64,000 nt of DNA from Octopus sinensis (lineage: Eukaryota), in contig NC_042999.1 of NCBI RefSeq assembly GCF_006345805.1, forward strand, positions 50,964,001 to 51,028,000, in the 5' to 3' direction. This document shows, one piece after another, positions 12,545 to 24,867 of the stretch (position 1 is its first letter; each line of letters opens with the position of its first letter). Made by a program: the position numbers and the translations under genes. Below the pieces are notes generated by a model. The model had not been told where the DNA came from and did not search any database. It was given only the letters and a program-made list of their open reading frames with translations.

Positions 12545-13360
12545 TTAGAAATAGCAACCAAGCCACCCTAAAATTGCAACCCACTATCTTAAAAAAGATA
12601 GAAGAGGGGATACATTGGACAATGTAGTCCAAGATATAAAAGGCAGAAGTCAGGATCCTCACGGCTAGAATGCTTTTGATGATAGGCCTTCTTCATCACT
12701 TTATCAGGGCTGACTTGGGATTAAAAAAACATCAATTTGAAAAGTCAAACAGCTGAGGTTTCTGTTGATGCTTTGTATAAAATTGTAATTTTGTTTTTCT
12801 TATGGCTGTGTCTGAATATAACAAATGTTATTCATCTGTGATGCTTCAGCTGAACTCCTAATTATCAATGGAGGGAAAGGAAGAAATTAAAACAGTTAAT
12901 TAAGAATGCTAAATGATAATGAAGGAAAGCAAATACTGGCTGTAGCTATTGATGTTATTGTTGTTGTTTAACCCCAGGTCAAACCTATCATCAAATACAT
13001 TCCAACCATAATCATTGCATCTTTGTAAGGATATCTAGGACTACATTGTTCAATGCGTCTTTTCTTCTTTGGGATGCAAGTGTGTGGTTTGATGAAGGAT
13101 TAGCAACTATTTTTAGGTTTTAGTGACTTCTTTGTTGGCTTAAGTATTCATTTTTGTTGTTTTTAGTCCTTAGTCAGCTTTTGCTGACCTCTGGTTATAA
13201 GTTTCCTTAAGAAAACCTATGAAAAAAGGTCATCCCAATAATGACCACCCTGTCTTTCTGTCAAGTATTGCGTATCAAAGACAACATTATTCAATGCATC
13301 CTTCGCTTTGTTGGGGCAACAGGGTGTAATAAAAGAGAGATTTGTTTGCTATTTCTAGCT
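12545..13360. repeat. Cluster of old unclassified dispersed repeats with (AAC)n tail
   Basis: GTTAGAAATAGC..CATTGGA.AATGTAGTCC..GGGCTGAC motifs occur in both orientations. A relative lies at about 53810-53995. Confidence 0.5.
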
Positions 13361-13921
13361 AGCAGGTTCATGAACCATACTGAGGCATACTATTGAAATG
13401 TTTATTGTTGTTTCAAATAGGAATAATTTAAGCATTAAAGATAAAGACAAGGTATGCAAAATGATCAGCAAAAATACTTAGGATCAAGCTTAGGGATATT
13501 CCAGCCCTATGATTGCTTCTCATCATATCCTAAAAGACCAGGGCTTTTTTTTCCAATTGAAGGTATGATTTGAACTCAGCATACACAGAGCTGAAACAGA
13601 CACCTCAAGGCATTTTATTCAACTTTCCTACATTCTATCAATCTATTACATTGCCCTGGTATTTTACGTATTGATCCTGAAACATTACAAAATTATAAAA
13701 TTGATTTTGGAATTGGTGTTGTACATAAACTATTCTAAATATGCCACATATTTTTCAGCTATTGAATATTGGACCTAAACAAGTAGACCATTAATTAAAA
13801 GCACTCAATCTATACCCATCCAATCCTTTTTTTCTCCTGGGATATAGTTTATCTACATCAACATCACTCCTTTCGTTTTTAGATAGAAGGATGTGACTCA
13901 GGGAAGATTTGGCTACTATTT

Positions 13922-14155
13922 CTTATTTCTTTGTTGCCCACAAGGGGCTAAACATAGAGGGGACAAAACAAGGACAGACAAACGGATTAAGTCGATTACA
14001 TCAACCCCAGTGCGTAACTGGTACTTAATTTATCGACCCCGAAAGGATGAAAGGCAAAGTTGACCTCGGCAGGATTTGAACTCAGAATGTAAAGACAGAT
14101 GAAATACTGCTAAGCATTTCACCCGGTGCGCTAACATTTCTGCCAACTTGCCACC
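13922..14155 (-). mobile_element. SINE family A
   Basis: Reverse-complement match to 81-311. Confidence 0.85.
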
Positions 14156-14685
14156 TTTTGGCTACTGTTTCTAGTAGATTCAAGGCCTGCAAAAAAGGCT
14201 CTATAACCGGCTCCTTAGTGCTCATTCTAATGATGTTGTTGTTGTGTCTATCAGAGCTTTGGGTCAACCAAAGTCCTTTCAGTGAAATTTGTAAGATATG
14301 AACTGTCTGGAAGATCACTGTAGGGACTGTTTAATACCACAATTTAGTGGCCTAATTAAAGTTTGTACTAGCTTGAGAGAAGGTGCTTGATTTTGCCACC
14401 CACCACCACTTTCCTGCCACACAGAAAAGCACACACACACTACATAATTCTTATTAAAAAGTATTACACACAAAAAATGCTTACCCACATACACATAAGA
14501 TCCAGGTGGTGGCTGTATTAGTGCCATCACCTGGTCCTTAGAAGCAGAATTCACTTAATTGCAAGTAGTCAAAATGAAATCATTTCCTCTCTTCTGCCAA
14601 TAAATCTCAGAAGCTCTGAAAATGGCCATGCCAAGAGTGTTGCCCTTCCCTTCTTCATCTGAGTAAACCATATTTATTCTTTTAT

Positions 14686-15080
14686 TCTTTTACTTGTTTC
14701 AGTCATGTGACTGTGGCCATGCTGGAGCACCAACTTTAGTCGAGCAAATCGTCCCTAGGACTTATTCTTTGTAAGCCTAGTACTTATTCTATTGGTTTCT
14801 TTTGCCGAACTGCTAAGTTACAGGGACGTAAGCACACCAGCATCAGTTGTCAAGTGATGTTGAGGGGACAAACACTGACACACAAATACACACACACATA
14901 TATATATACATATATACGACAGGCTTCTGTCAGTATCCGTCTACCAAATCCACTCACAAGGCTTTGGTTGGCCTGAGGCTATAGTAGATGACACTTGCCC
15001 AAGGTGCCACACAGTGGAACTGAACCCAGAACCATGTGGTTCGTAAGCAAGCTACTTACCACACAGCCACTCCTGTGCCT
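14686..15080 (-). mobile_element. SINE family B
   Basis: Reverse-complement match to 1053-1472. Confidence 0.85.
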
Positions 15081-15761
15081 GTTGATTTCTTAAAAAAAAA
15101 AATTAAAAACACATACATAAACACCATTTATTGGATATCAGATTCACTGTTAAATATATGGACAACTGATTAGCTATAAGTTAAAGTACATACAGTGCAG
15201 CCAATATTATACCTCCATGTACATATTCTACTGCCAAAACTACAGAAGCAATTTAGGCCAAATCTGAAATTATGTTCATAGCTCACAGTTCATAAATATA
15301 TACGCTTGTCAATTACATGATTACATCAGTGGGTCCATGTGTGTGTGAAAGAGAGAGAGTGTGTGTGTGTGTGAATTTGTAAGAATGTCTGCGTCTGTGA
15401 ATGTGCTTAAGCACTCTTAAAAGCACAAACACAAATACATCTTCACTTGTCTTGTCTTGTCTTCTGGATGAAGTGATTATTTCTGGTGTTTACCTACAGC
15501 AATACTCAATGCTGCTAATAACTTCTCTAGAAGATGAGACAAAGAGAAGACTAGACTAGAAACATCAATGAATCACATAGAAACTTTATCACAAACAAAA
15601 CATCAACGACTTATAATAAGGAAATACAAAATACCCTTAATAAAAATATTAAAACTCAAGTGCAGCTGTTTTCTTAAAAATGCATGTTTAAAAGAAAAAG
15701 TTTTCACACCACATCATTTACACAAACTAAGAAACACAAACTAATATATATATATATATAA

Positions 15762-16062
15762 CTAGCAGTATTGCCCGGCGTTGCTCGGGTTTGTAAGAGA
15801 AATAACTATATAAGCATTTTTAGAGAGTTATAGCCAAAAAATAGCAAAAAAATGCATTAAAAATGGGAAAAAAATTATGGTAAATTTTTTTTTAAATCGT
15901 AGACTCATCGTAGACACGCGCTAATACCCAGAAGGGCTCGATATGAATCACGACTATAAGATACCCGGTTTTGGTTAAACTGCACCGCAAAATGTTGGAG
16001 TAGTTAGGAATCTAAATTGTAGGAGACAGACACTCACACAACTTCAGTTTTATATATAAAGA
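15762..16062 (-). mobile_element. Non-autonomous Helitron
   Basis: On the minus strand it starts TC and ends with hairpin CCCGAGCAACGCCGGG followed by CTAG, at an A/T junction. Copies at 25929, 29250 and 48746. Confidence 0.75.
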
Positions 16063-16110
16063 TTAAGTGCAGGCATGGCTGTACATATAGGCTGTGTGGT
16101 AAGAAGCTTA

Positions 16111-16583
16111 AAGACATACATCATCTCGAAAGAGTCCAGAAGCTGGCTACCCGCATGGTTCTTGGTCTCAAGCATTTGTCTTATGAAGAAAGGCTGAAGA
16201 CGCTCGACCTTTATTCTCTAGAAAAACGCCGCCACCATAGTGATCTCATTCTTGCTCACAACATCATAAGCAGAAAGTGTAACCTCTCGAAGGAGCTGTT
16301 CTTTACTCCTGCTCCAGAGTGTCGGCTGCAGGGTCACTCCGAAAAGCTCTATCTGCAACGATTTCATCTCAATTGAAGGAGAGGGGCTTTCTCCATCCGG
16401 GTTGCGGATCCGTGGAATAAGCTGCTGGACGAGATAGTGAAGATGCTGACGACCGCTCGGTTCAAAGTCTCTCTTGACCAGAAATGGCCTGAACTCTTTG
16501 CATGAACACCCTCCCTGTACATAACTCCATGTCCCCCTACATGGCCTTGCTTTTTGCTTTTTGAGCCAAAAAATTAACTTAAC
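16111..16583 (+). mobile_element. CR1-group LINE 3' end, nested in a family B SINE head
   Basis: LERVQKLATRMVLGLKHLSYEERLKTLDLYSLEKRR, GHSEKL, FSIRVADPWNKL, then a 3' UTR and TTAAC repeats. The SINE halves lie at 16066-16110 and 16584-16935. Confidence 0.88.
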
Positions 16584-17146
16584 ATAGTTCCAGGTTCAGT
16601 CCAGAGCAGTAGTACCTTATGTGAGTGTCTTCTACTTTAGGCTGAGGTCAATCAAATCCTTGTGAGTGGATCTGGTAGATGTCCATCATGTGTGTGTGTA
16701 TGTGTGCATGCATGTGTGTGTAACTTTGTATCTATGTTTGTCCCCTACCACTACTTAACAACTGGTACTGGTGTGTTTACATTTCCATAACTTAGCAGTT
16801 CAGCAAAAGAGATCAACAGCATAAGTATCAAGCTTTAAAAAAAATGTAATAGGGTTAATTCATTCAATTAAAATTCTTCAAGGTGGTGCCCCAGCATGGC
16901 CACAGTCTAATGACAGAAACAAGTAAAAGATAAAAGAAAAAAAGGTCATTACACACACAAACACGCATACACACACACTCACTCTCTCCTCCTTTTTCTC
17001 TCTCTCTCCCTCCCTTTCTTTCTCTCTCCCCTCCTTTTCTCTTTCTCTCACTCTCTCACACATACACACACACACACATATATACACATATGTTAATTTC
17101 TGTTAATTTATCAAGAAGCAATATTTTACAGAATTCAGTATGTAAA

Positions 17147-17364
17147 AGGTGGCAAGCTGGCAGAAACGTTAGCATGCTGGGCGAAATGCTTTGTGGTATT
17201 TCGTCCGCCGCTGCGTTCTGAGTTCAAATTCCACCGAGGTCGACTTTGCCTTTTATCCTTTCGGGGTCGATAAATTAAGCAACAGTTATGCACTGGGGTC
17301 GATGTAATCGTCTTAATCTGTTTGTCTGTCCTTGTGTTTAGCCCCTTTTGGGTAGTAAAGAAAC
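17147..17364 (+). mobile_element. SINE family A
   Basis: Match to 81-311. Confidence 0.85.
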
Positions 17365-17677
17365 AAGTATGTAAAAGACAGAGTATTCTTTAATATATCT
17401 TAAAGGAATGACTAAATTAGAAATACTCTTGAATTTCGCATTTCTGTTCTTTCAGCTCATAATCTGAGCTTGTTGCCTCATAAATCATTGAATGTTTGAA
17501 TGTATTTTAAAATATTATATGAAAACTATAAAGAAATGCTTATCTCAACATCTTTTTAAAAAAAACTGTGCAAGTAATATTTATAAAAATGGCTGTTTCA
17601 AGATCATATTTTCCATTTCATTTCAGGCTCTCATGAGAATGCAAAAATAATCTATTAATCACGCATACATACATGCA

Positions 17678-17717
<40 letters not shown>

Positions 17718-18304
17718 CACAGATGTACACATGCATGTACATACATGCACATATAAATACTTATATTCACACACATATGCACACAAGCATAGACATGAAT
17801 GCATATGTTTGGATGAATATATTTGTTTAAATATATGTGAATGCATGCGTGCATATTGTGTGTGTGTAAGTGTGTTTGTTGAAAGAGTTACATATGTGGG
17901 ATGATCAAAGACTGGTGCCTAATAATTGTAGTAACTTTGTGTGTTACTAATGCATAGAGAAGTGTAAGAGAGAATGTTTCCTTGATGTGTATAATGACTA
18001 GTGTGAGATGTGTACACTAAATCTGAATGAAGTATGTATATAGAAAAATAAAGAGCACTGAAGTATGGCAGCAATTGTATAGGTGTGTGTGTGTGTAATT
18101 AAAAGTAACAGGACAGTCATTAATAAAGAGAAGACAATACAAACCCTGTTCCATCCCACTTACAAAATTAGGAGCCCTTCACACTTATGTTAAGTTCTCT
18201 ATACAAATAATTCAATCTCCTTGGTTAGTGCACTGCTTGCTTCATCACAGGTGAAGTAGTGTACCAACTGCAAAAATCAAGTTAACTATAGCCTCGGGCT
18301 ATAC

Positions 18305-18337
<33 letters not shown>

Positions 18338-18339
18338 TA

Positions 18340-18715
18340 AAGGGAAAGTTTACGAAAATAAACAAAAGACGAAGGCAGGTGGAGTACAAACAAACAAATG
18401 TATTAGCGCTCAGGAATAGAAAAAGTATTTTATGTTTCAAGCCTATGCTCTTCGACAGAAAGATACACAGAAAAAAACAAGGAGAGAGAAAAATGCGTGT
18501 AGGAGCTAGCAATTTCATATATATATATGTAGAGAATTCACGGAAAAAAACAAAAGACGAAGACAGGTGGTGTAGAAAACAAACAGATGTATTAGTATAA
18601 CACTCAGTAATGGAAAAATTCTTTTACGTTTCGAGCCTACGCTCTTCCACAGAAAGGAACACAGAAAGAAACAAGGAGAGAAAAAAATGTGTATAGTAGC
18701 TACCCATCTATCATG
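18340..18715 (-). ncRNA. Tandem pair of hammerhead-bearing short elements (family 3)
   Basis: Best motif 18621-18656 on the minus strand: CUUU-CUGUGGA-A-GAGC(guag)GCUC-GAA-ACGU-A-AAAG. A second, decayed motif lies at 18428-18463. Confidence 0.65.
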
Positions 18716-19849
18716 ATGTATGTATGTGTGTGTGTGTGTGTGTGTATATGTTTATTTGTCTATGTTTGTCCCCTCAACATAGCTTGACAAACGATGCTGG
18801 TGTGTTTATGTCCCCGTAAATTAGCGGTTAAGCAAAAGAGACTGATAGAATAAGTACTAGGCTTACAAAGAATAAGCCCTGGGGTCAATATCCTCAACCA
18901 AAGGCGGTGCTCCAGCATGGCCACAGTCAAATGACTGAAATAAGTAAAAGTGTAAAAACGTAGGTGTAATTCCATGGTGACATCTAAATTGTTATCACGA
19001 TCTAGCATTTGTTTCAAAATTTTTGACGTCAATATAACTAACCTGCTTAGCAGATATTGTTATTAGAAGATCATTGGTAGACAAACCAGTTCATCACTAC
19101 TTCCGCAAGATTAGTAAGAATTGCAACTCTCATATACTTTGACATTACATTGAATATGCAGCAAGTTTGTCTTTCACCTGGTCTATGTTTGAAAATTTTT
19201 TTTACCATCAAATTCTTTGGAAATTCTTGCTAACAAAGCACTAGCCTCTAGCTTCTTGTCGCGTTCCTGTTTCTGACTCATACTGATATTGACACATGTT
19301 TTTCCGTTTAGATGATTACTTTCCCACAAAGCCATGATGTGAAACACAAGGCTGGAAGATGTGTAATTACTGACATAGCAAAGAAAATACAAGGAAATTA
19401 AAGTTGTATTGTATTGTGTTTGGTGGTTGTTATCATAGTCTGTGTTGTGCTGCCAGGTAGAACATACTAAACTGGCTTTAGCATTACACAAAAATAAACA
19501 TACAAATTTTTCAACAATTCTCAACTTGACATCATAGCTCAGCGCTTTCTCCTTTAAAGACAAGATGCAATTTGATAGTTTTGATTCATTTCCTTCCTTT
19601 GTCAATGTTCTTTCAGGAAGTGGTACAATTTCAACATCTTTTAAAACGTTCCTTTGTCATACCAATATATCAGAAATTAGTGCCAAGGTTCAGGTCTAAA
19701 GGTTTAACCTTTGTATAATATATGACAGGCTCTGCATTGAAGAATCCGTTTAAAAGGCATGCAGTATGGTCCCTATATGATGGCCAATGTTCTGTGTAGG
19801 AAAGACTAGGAAAACAGAGATTAGCGTGCAAACTGAGAATTGTATGCAT

Positions 19850-20135
19850 ACCAGCGTGCGTGATTATTACCAGCATCACCTTACTGGCACGTGAAAAAAA
19901 CATTCAAGCAAGGTCGTTGCCAGTACCGCCTGACTGGCCCCTGTGCCGGTGGCACATAAAAGCAACCACTACACTCTCTGAGTGGTTGGCATTAGGAAGG
20001 GCATCCAGCTGTAAAAACTCAGCCAGATCAAGATTGGAGCCTGGTGCAGCCATCTGGTTCGCCAGTCCTCGGTAAAATCGTTCAACCCATGCTAGCATGG
20101 AAAGTGGACATTAAACGATGATGATGATGATGGGA
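19850..20135 (+). mobile_element. Family C element (RTE 3' UTR-like, GAT tail)
   Basis: GTGGCAC.TAAAAGCA modules, AGGAAGGGCATCCAGC, and CCAACCCATGCTAGCATGGAAA..(GAT)n. Other copies at 23225-23490, 30335-30660(-), 32131-32590(-), 34228-34515, 35478-35912, 38960-39095, 55288-55873(-) and 57062-57250(-). Confidence 0.8.
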
Positions 20136-20634
20136 GGGAAGAGACAAGTGAGAGAGCTTGAATGAAGTAACAATGGGAAAGGTAAGAAGAGAAAAAATAG
20201 AAGGTAGCATGTCACAGGCTAGAGGTTGAAGGCTATTTGTGTGTGACTTTATGCCAATCAGTCATGTAACCTTTCCCTAGATGTAATCCACAATGTTTTT
20301 GTGTGAAGCCCTTGGCTATGTTAGATATTACACTGAGACTGATTGAAGGCACCAAAGTGCTTTATGGTGATACATTTTGACTATGTTAGTTGAGGGTGGC
20401 TTAGGTTCACAAATAAACTTAAAGTGTTCACTTAACCCCTTGCTTCCATACTTTGTTGTAAATGCTTGCAGCTATATTGAATGTTGTTTGTCTGAGATAC
20501 AAGAGTCTTCTTTGCCAATATTACAGACAAGCAAAATGTCCCCTGTCCAATGGACGGTGCTAAGTTGTCAAACATTTAAACCAAATTTTCTCAAAACAAC
20601 TTGTCCAACTGTCCCATAGGCCTCCCCTTTGAGA

Positions 20635-20898
20635 AACACTGATTTAACCTAAATTTGAGACACCAGCAAAAGAAGAAATAAAGATAGACTTTTTTTCTAT
20701 TCCGAAGAAAAACGATTTTATTCACTTTATCAATCACATTCACACCTGGAATCGATTTTTGAAATTTTTTCAAGAATTATACACGTCCTGATACCATCGG
20801 TATCTACATATCAAATTTGAGTGCAGTCGGATGGAGGATGCCCGAGATCCTAGAAGACACACGCACACAGACAGACAGAACGGATTTTATATAATAGA
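20635..20898 (-). mobile_element. Helitron-like 5' end fragment
   Basis: Ends ACAGACAGAACGGATTTTATATAATAGAT on the plus strand, like the other Helitron termini in the window. Confidence 0.55.
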
Positions 20899-20961
20899 TA
20901 AGGTTTTTAAGAATAATGAAGGGATAGCAGGAGTTATATTGATGCATATCTTATTTTTTAT

Positions 20962-21650
20962 CTTTTACTTGTTTCCATCATTAAACTGTGGCTATGTCGA
21001 GGCATCAGAGTCAATCAAATCGTATTTCTTTTTTATAAGCTTGGTACTTATTCTATCAGTATCTTTTGCAGACAGCTAAGTTACAGAGGCCTAAACACAC
21101 CAACACCAGTTGTCAAGTAATGGTGGGAGACAAACACAGACATAAACACACATACACATATATATATACAGTAGGCTTCTTTCAGTTTCCATCTGCCAGA
21201 TCCGCTCACAAAGCTTTGGTTGGCCTGAAGCTATAGCAAAAGACACTTGTCCGAGGTGCCCTGGTTTTGTTTGTTCCTTCTCGAGCCATGCCTGGCCATT
21301 AAAGGGCTGGTTTCCCGGTTTCCTTGGCGTATAGGTTCTCCACCTGGATGGGACGCCATTCCGTCGCAGGTGAGCTGCAAGATGCAGGAGGAAAGAGTGA
21401 GAGAAAGTTGTGGCGAAAGAGTCAGCAGAAGGTCGCCATTACCTTCTGCCAGAGCCACATGGAGCTTAGGTGTTTCGCTCATAAACACACACATTGCCCA
21501 GTCTGAGATTCGAACCCACAATCCCTCAACCGCGAGTCTGCTGCTCTAACCACTAGGCCATGTGCTTCCACTAGGTGCCATGTAGTAAGACTGAACCTAG
21601 AACCATGTGTATAGGGAGCAAACTTTTTACCACTCAGCCATGCATGCATC
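20962..21650 (-). mobile_element. Family B SINE containing a nested family D SINE (21261-21572)
   Basis: The nested copy is flanked by 7-bp TSD AGGTGCC at 21254-21260 and 21573-21579. Confidence 0.85.
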
Positions 21651-22800
21651 TATGGTTTATCTGTATTAAGATATAAGTTGACATTTAGGAAACCAACTAT
21701 TGTGATATTAGTAATTACAGTAATACTAAATCCAAATTTATTAAATGTACTAATTAGATCTTTCTTTATCCAATCTCAGTCGTATCCATTTATATTGTTA
21801 GAAATAGCTAGATTGCCATCCCTATTCAAACCTACATCCAATATGTAAAATCTGGATTTTAGCTTATCAAGGATGAATAATCAAATCAGATCACAGACCT
21901 CAGCTCAATCAAAGCAACCCAAAGTGACATCAAATGAATCATTAGTATTCATCAAGCATACAATGTTATAGTCGAAAGCAGTATTTTCCTAGCATTCATG
22001 ATTAAATCAACTTCATTGTTATCAATAATATAAAATATTTTTTTCAAATTCCGGGGCCTTGGAGAGAAGGGATTTGGAAATTGATGGGTAGCATTCAGCC
22101 ACAGTAAACTGGGTGAATTTTCATTCATTTTTATCTCTATTATGGCTAAACTAGTTAACTACTGTATTATCATTCTGTTGTATCTTGTAGGCATTTCTAG
22201 TTTTGTCATTTATGCAGCTGGGTACGTGTTTGCTAACTTTCTCCAGTTCACTTTAAGAATTGGTTTATTAGCATACATTTCAGGCTTGTGGTCTTTAAAG
22301 GTTTTGTATGCATTGTGTTTAGCTTTGCACTGCACCTTCTTATCAAGTTCAAGCAACTTTGCTATTAGTTTTGCTCTACAATTAATGCCATTGTATATAT
22401 TTGTGCTGGCTTTCAAATATTTTTGTGTGATATTGTTCAAGGGTATGCATGCTTGTCTAGTTTGTACAGGATTTTTTTTTTTTTACCAGAGTATAGATTT
22501 CTTTTTAGAATTCATTATATAGCCACAATATCAGATTATAAATTTCAGTTTATGTTGGAAAGCATCGCAATGTTTTGTTTGGTTTTTTAATATATTTTAC
22601 CATACTGATTATTTCTATATCTTCTTCAAAATTCTCAAGTTCTTTTATCAATGGTAAGCAGTTCTGATTGTATTGGATAGTATTTTCATTACAACTGTAT
22701 TGTATAGTGGTATTCTCTGATTGTTTTCGTGAGCATGCACATCCAGTGCATTTTTTTTTTTAATGAATTCTTCCACTTTACTTATTAGCCATATGCTATA
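21650..22800 (-). mobile_element. Penelope-like element ORF remnant (N-terminus plus RT, Naiad/Chlamys-like)
   Basis: Manual reverse translation gives LISKVEEFIKKMHW, NNITQKYLKA, AYKTFKDHK, FTQF..ECYPSISKSLL, FDVTLGCFD*AEVCDL, VGLNRDGNLA (decayed YRDD) and ITNITIVGFLNVNL. Many stops and frameshifts. The clade label is from memory. Confidence 0.85.
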
Positions 22801-24307
22801 GATCTTGTGCAGTGACAGATACAATTTCCACTGAATACAGGAGAATGTGTAATTCTATGTTCAAACTATCCTTCTTAGATCATTAAGAGTGCTCAACACA
22901 GTGTAGCAGTATACAGCTGGTAGTGTTTGTGAGATCATTTACAAAGTGAAACTACAAATGAAGGAAAAGAGAACTCAATGAAATATTAGCCATCCAACTT
23001 GGATGAGCTGTTTTAAATGCTGTAGGCTGTGGTAATTGTCCTGAAAAAAAAAATCATCTTGTATAGACATTAGGTGTTACAAAGGCACAGATTATATTAG
23101 CAGACAAAAATTTTGTCAGCATTGTTGTCTTAGATAGGACTGGTGTATTTTATGATTTTAGTATAAATTTTACATCATCAGCAATTTACACTGAAATGAT
23201 GTAATACAAGCAGTCTCATCCACCAGTGTTGAGGGTGCCGGTGGCACGTAAAAAGCACCATCCGACCATGGCTGTTTGCCAGCCCCGTCTAGCACCTGTG
23301 CTGGTGGCACGTAAAAAGCACCCACTACAATCACGGAGTGGTTGGCATTAGGAAGGGTATCCAGCCGTAGAAACATTGCCAGATCAGACTGGGCCTGGTG
23401 CAGCCTTCTGGCTTTCCAGACCCCAGTTGAACCGTCCAACCCATGCTAGCATGGAAAGCGGACGCTAAATGATGATGATGGTGATGATGATGAAGTGGTA
23501 TCAAAAATTTCCTGTGCTAATTTTGTAGTGCACCAACAGATGCCAGCACACAGTTGTGTGAGCAGTGAGAGCTAGCAGAGACCTTCATGAGGCAGTGTAC
23601 CAAGTGACATCGCTGTGTTTACTTTGCCTGTTGCAAAATTTGAGCTTTTTGTGATCAGGTGTATGCTGTAGTCTGTGATTTTGTCATGGACAAGAAGTTG
23701 GAGCAAAGTGTCAACATGAAATTTTGAGTTACACTTGGGAAGTCTGCTACAGAGACATTGAGTACAACCCTGAGACGAAGCAGCGGTCATCACAATGGAA
23801 GAACCCTCATCTCCATGACCAACTAAAACACAACAAAGCTTCAGCTCAATGAAGAGCATGCTTGTAATTATTTTTTTTTGGCACCCAGACCATTAATTGA
23901 GAGCTCTACTGCAATGTTTTGAAGCATTTGAGGAAGAGCATTTGGTGAAAATGACCTGATCAGTAGAGCACAAAGAAATGGATCTTCATGATGACAATAC
24001 ACTCTGTCACTCAGCTCTCTTCACTCTTTTTTTTTTTGATGCCAAAAACAACATGGTATCACTTCCACACTTGCCCTATTCACTAGATTTAGCACCTCCA
24101 AGCTTCTAGCTCTTCCCCAAAATGAAAATGCAGCTCGACGGTTGCCACTTTAACACTGTCATCGGGATCAAGAGCTTATTGCAGAAGATCCTTGACTTGT
24201 TAAGAGAAAATCACTTCCAGGCTGGATTCAAAAGTGGCAGGAACACTGGGACTCATGTGTTGCTGTGCAAGGTGGCTATTTCAAAGGCGATCATGTTAAA
24301 ACTTAGA

Positions 24308-24867
24308 CTTTACTCTTTTACTTGTTTCAGTCATGTGACTGTGGCCATGCTGGAGCACCACCTTTAGTCGAGCAAATCGACCCCAGGACTTATTCTTTGT
24401 AAGCCTAGTACTTATTCTATCGGCTTCTTTTGCCGAACCGCTAAGTTACGGGGACTTAAACACACCAGCATTGGTTGTCAAGCGATGTTGGGGGGACAAA
24501 TACAGACATACAAACATATATACACACACATTTTTTCTGTCTATCTTTCTGTCGAAGAGCGTAGGCTTGAAACGTAAAAGACTTGTTCTATTTCTATTCC
24601 TGACCGCCATACTAATACATTTGTTTGTTTGTACTCCACCTGCCTTCATCTTTTGTTTATTTTTGTAAACCTTCCCATCATACATATACATATATACATA
24701 TATACAACGGGCTTCTTTCAGCTTCTGTCTACCAAATCCACTCACAAGGATTTGGTCGACCCGAGGCTATAGTAGAAGACACTTGGCCAAAGTGCCATGC
24801 AGTGGGTCTGAACCAGGAACCATGTGGTTCATAAGCAAGCTACTTACCACACAGCCACTCCTATGCC
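24308..24867 (-). mobile_element. Complete family B SINE with 14-bp TSD
   Basis: TSD TGTTAAAACTTAGA at 24294-24307 and 24868-24881. It carries a family-3 hammerhead element in its internal microsatellite. Confidence 0.92.
24544..24581 (+). ncRNA. Hammerhead motif, family 3
   Basis: UCUUU-CUGUCGA-A-GAGC(guag)GCUU-GAA-ACGU-A-AAAGA. Confidence 0.6.

Noticed and set aside
21655-22200. In-frame TGA codons in the PLE RT as selenocysteine
   Set aside because: They fall at Gly/Arg/Trp-type positions in a heavily decayed copy that also has TAA/TAG stops and frameshifts.
23225-23340. CRISPR-like repeat-spacer pattern (GTGGCACGTAAAAAGCACC modules)
   Set aside because: Eukaryotic retro-element context, only 2-4 irregular modules, and no cas genes.
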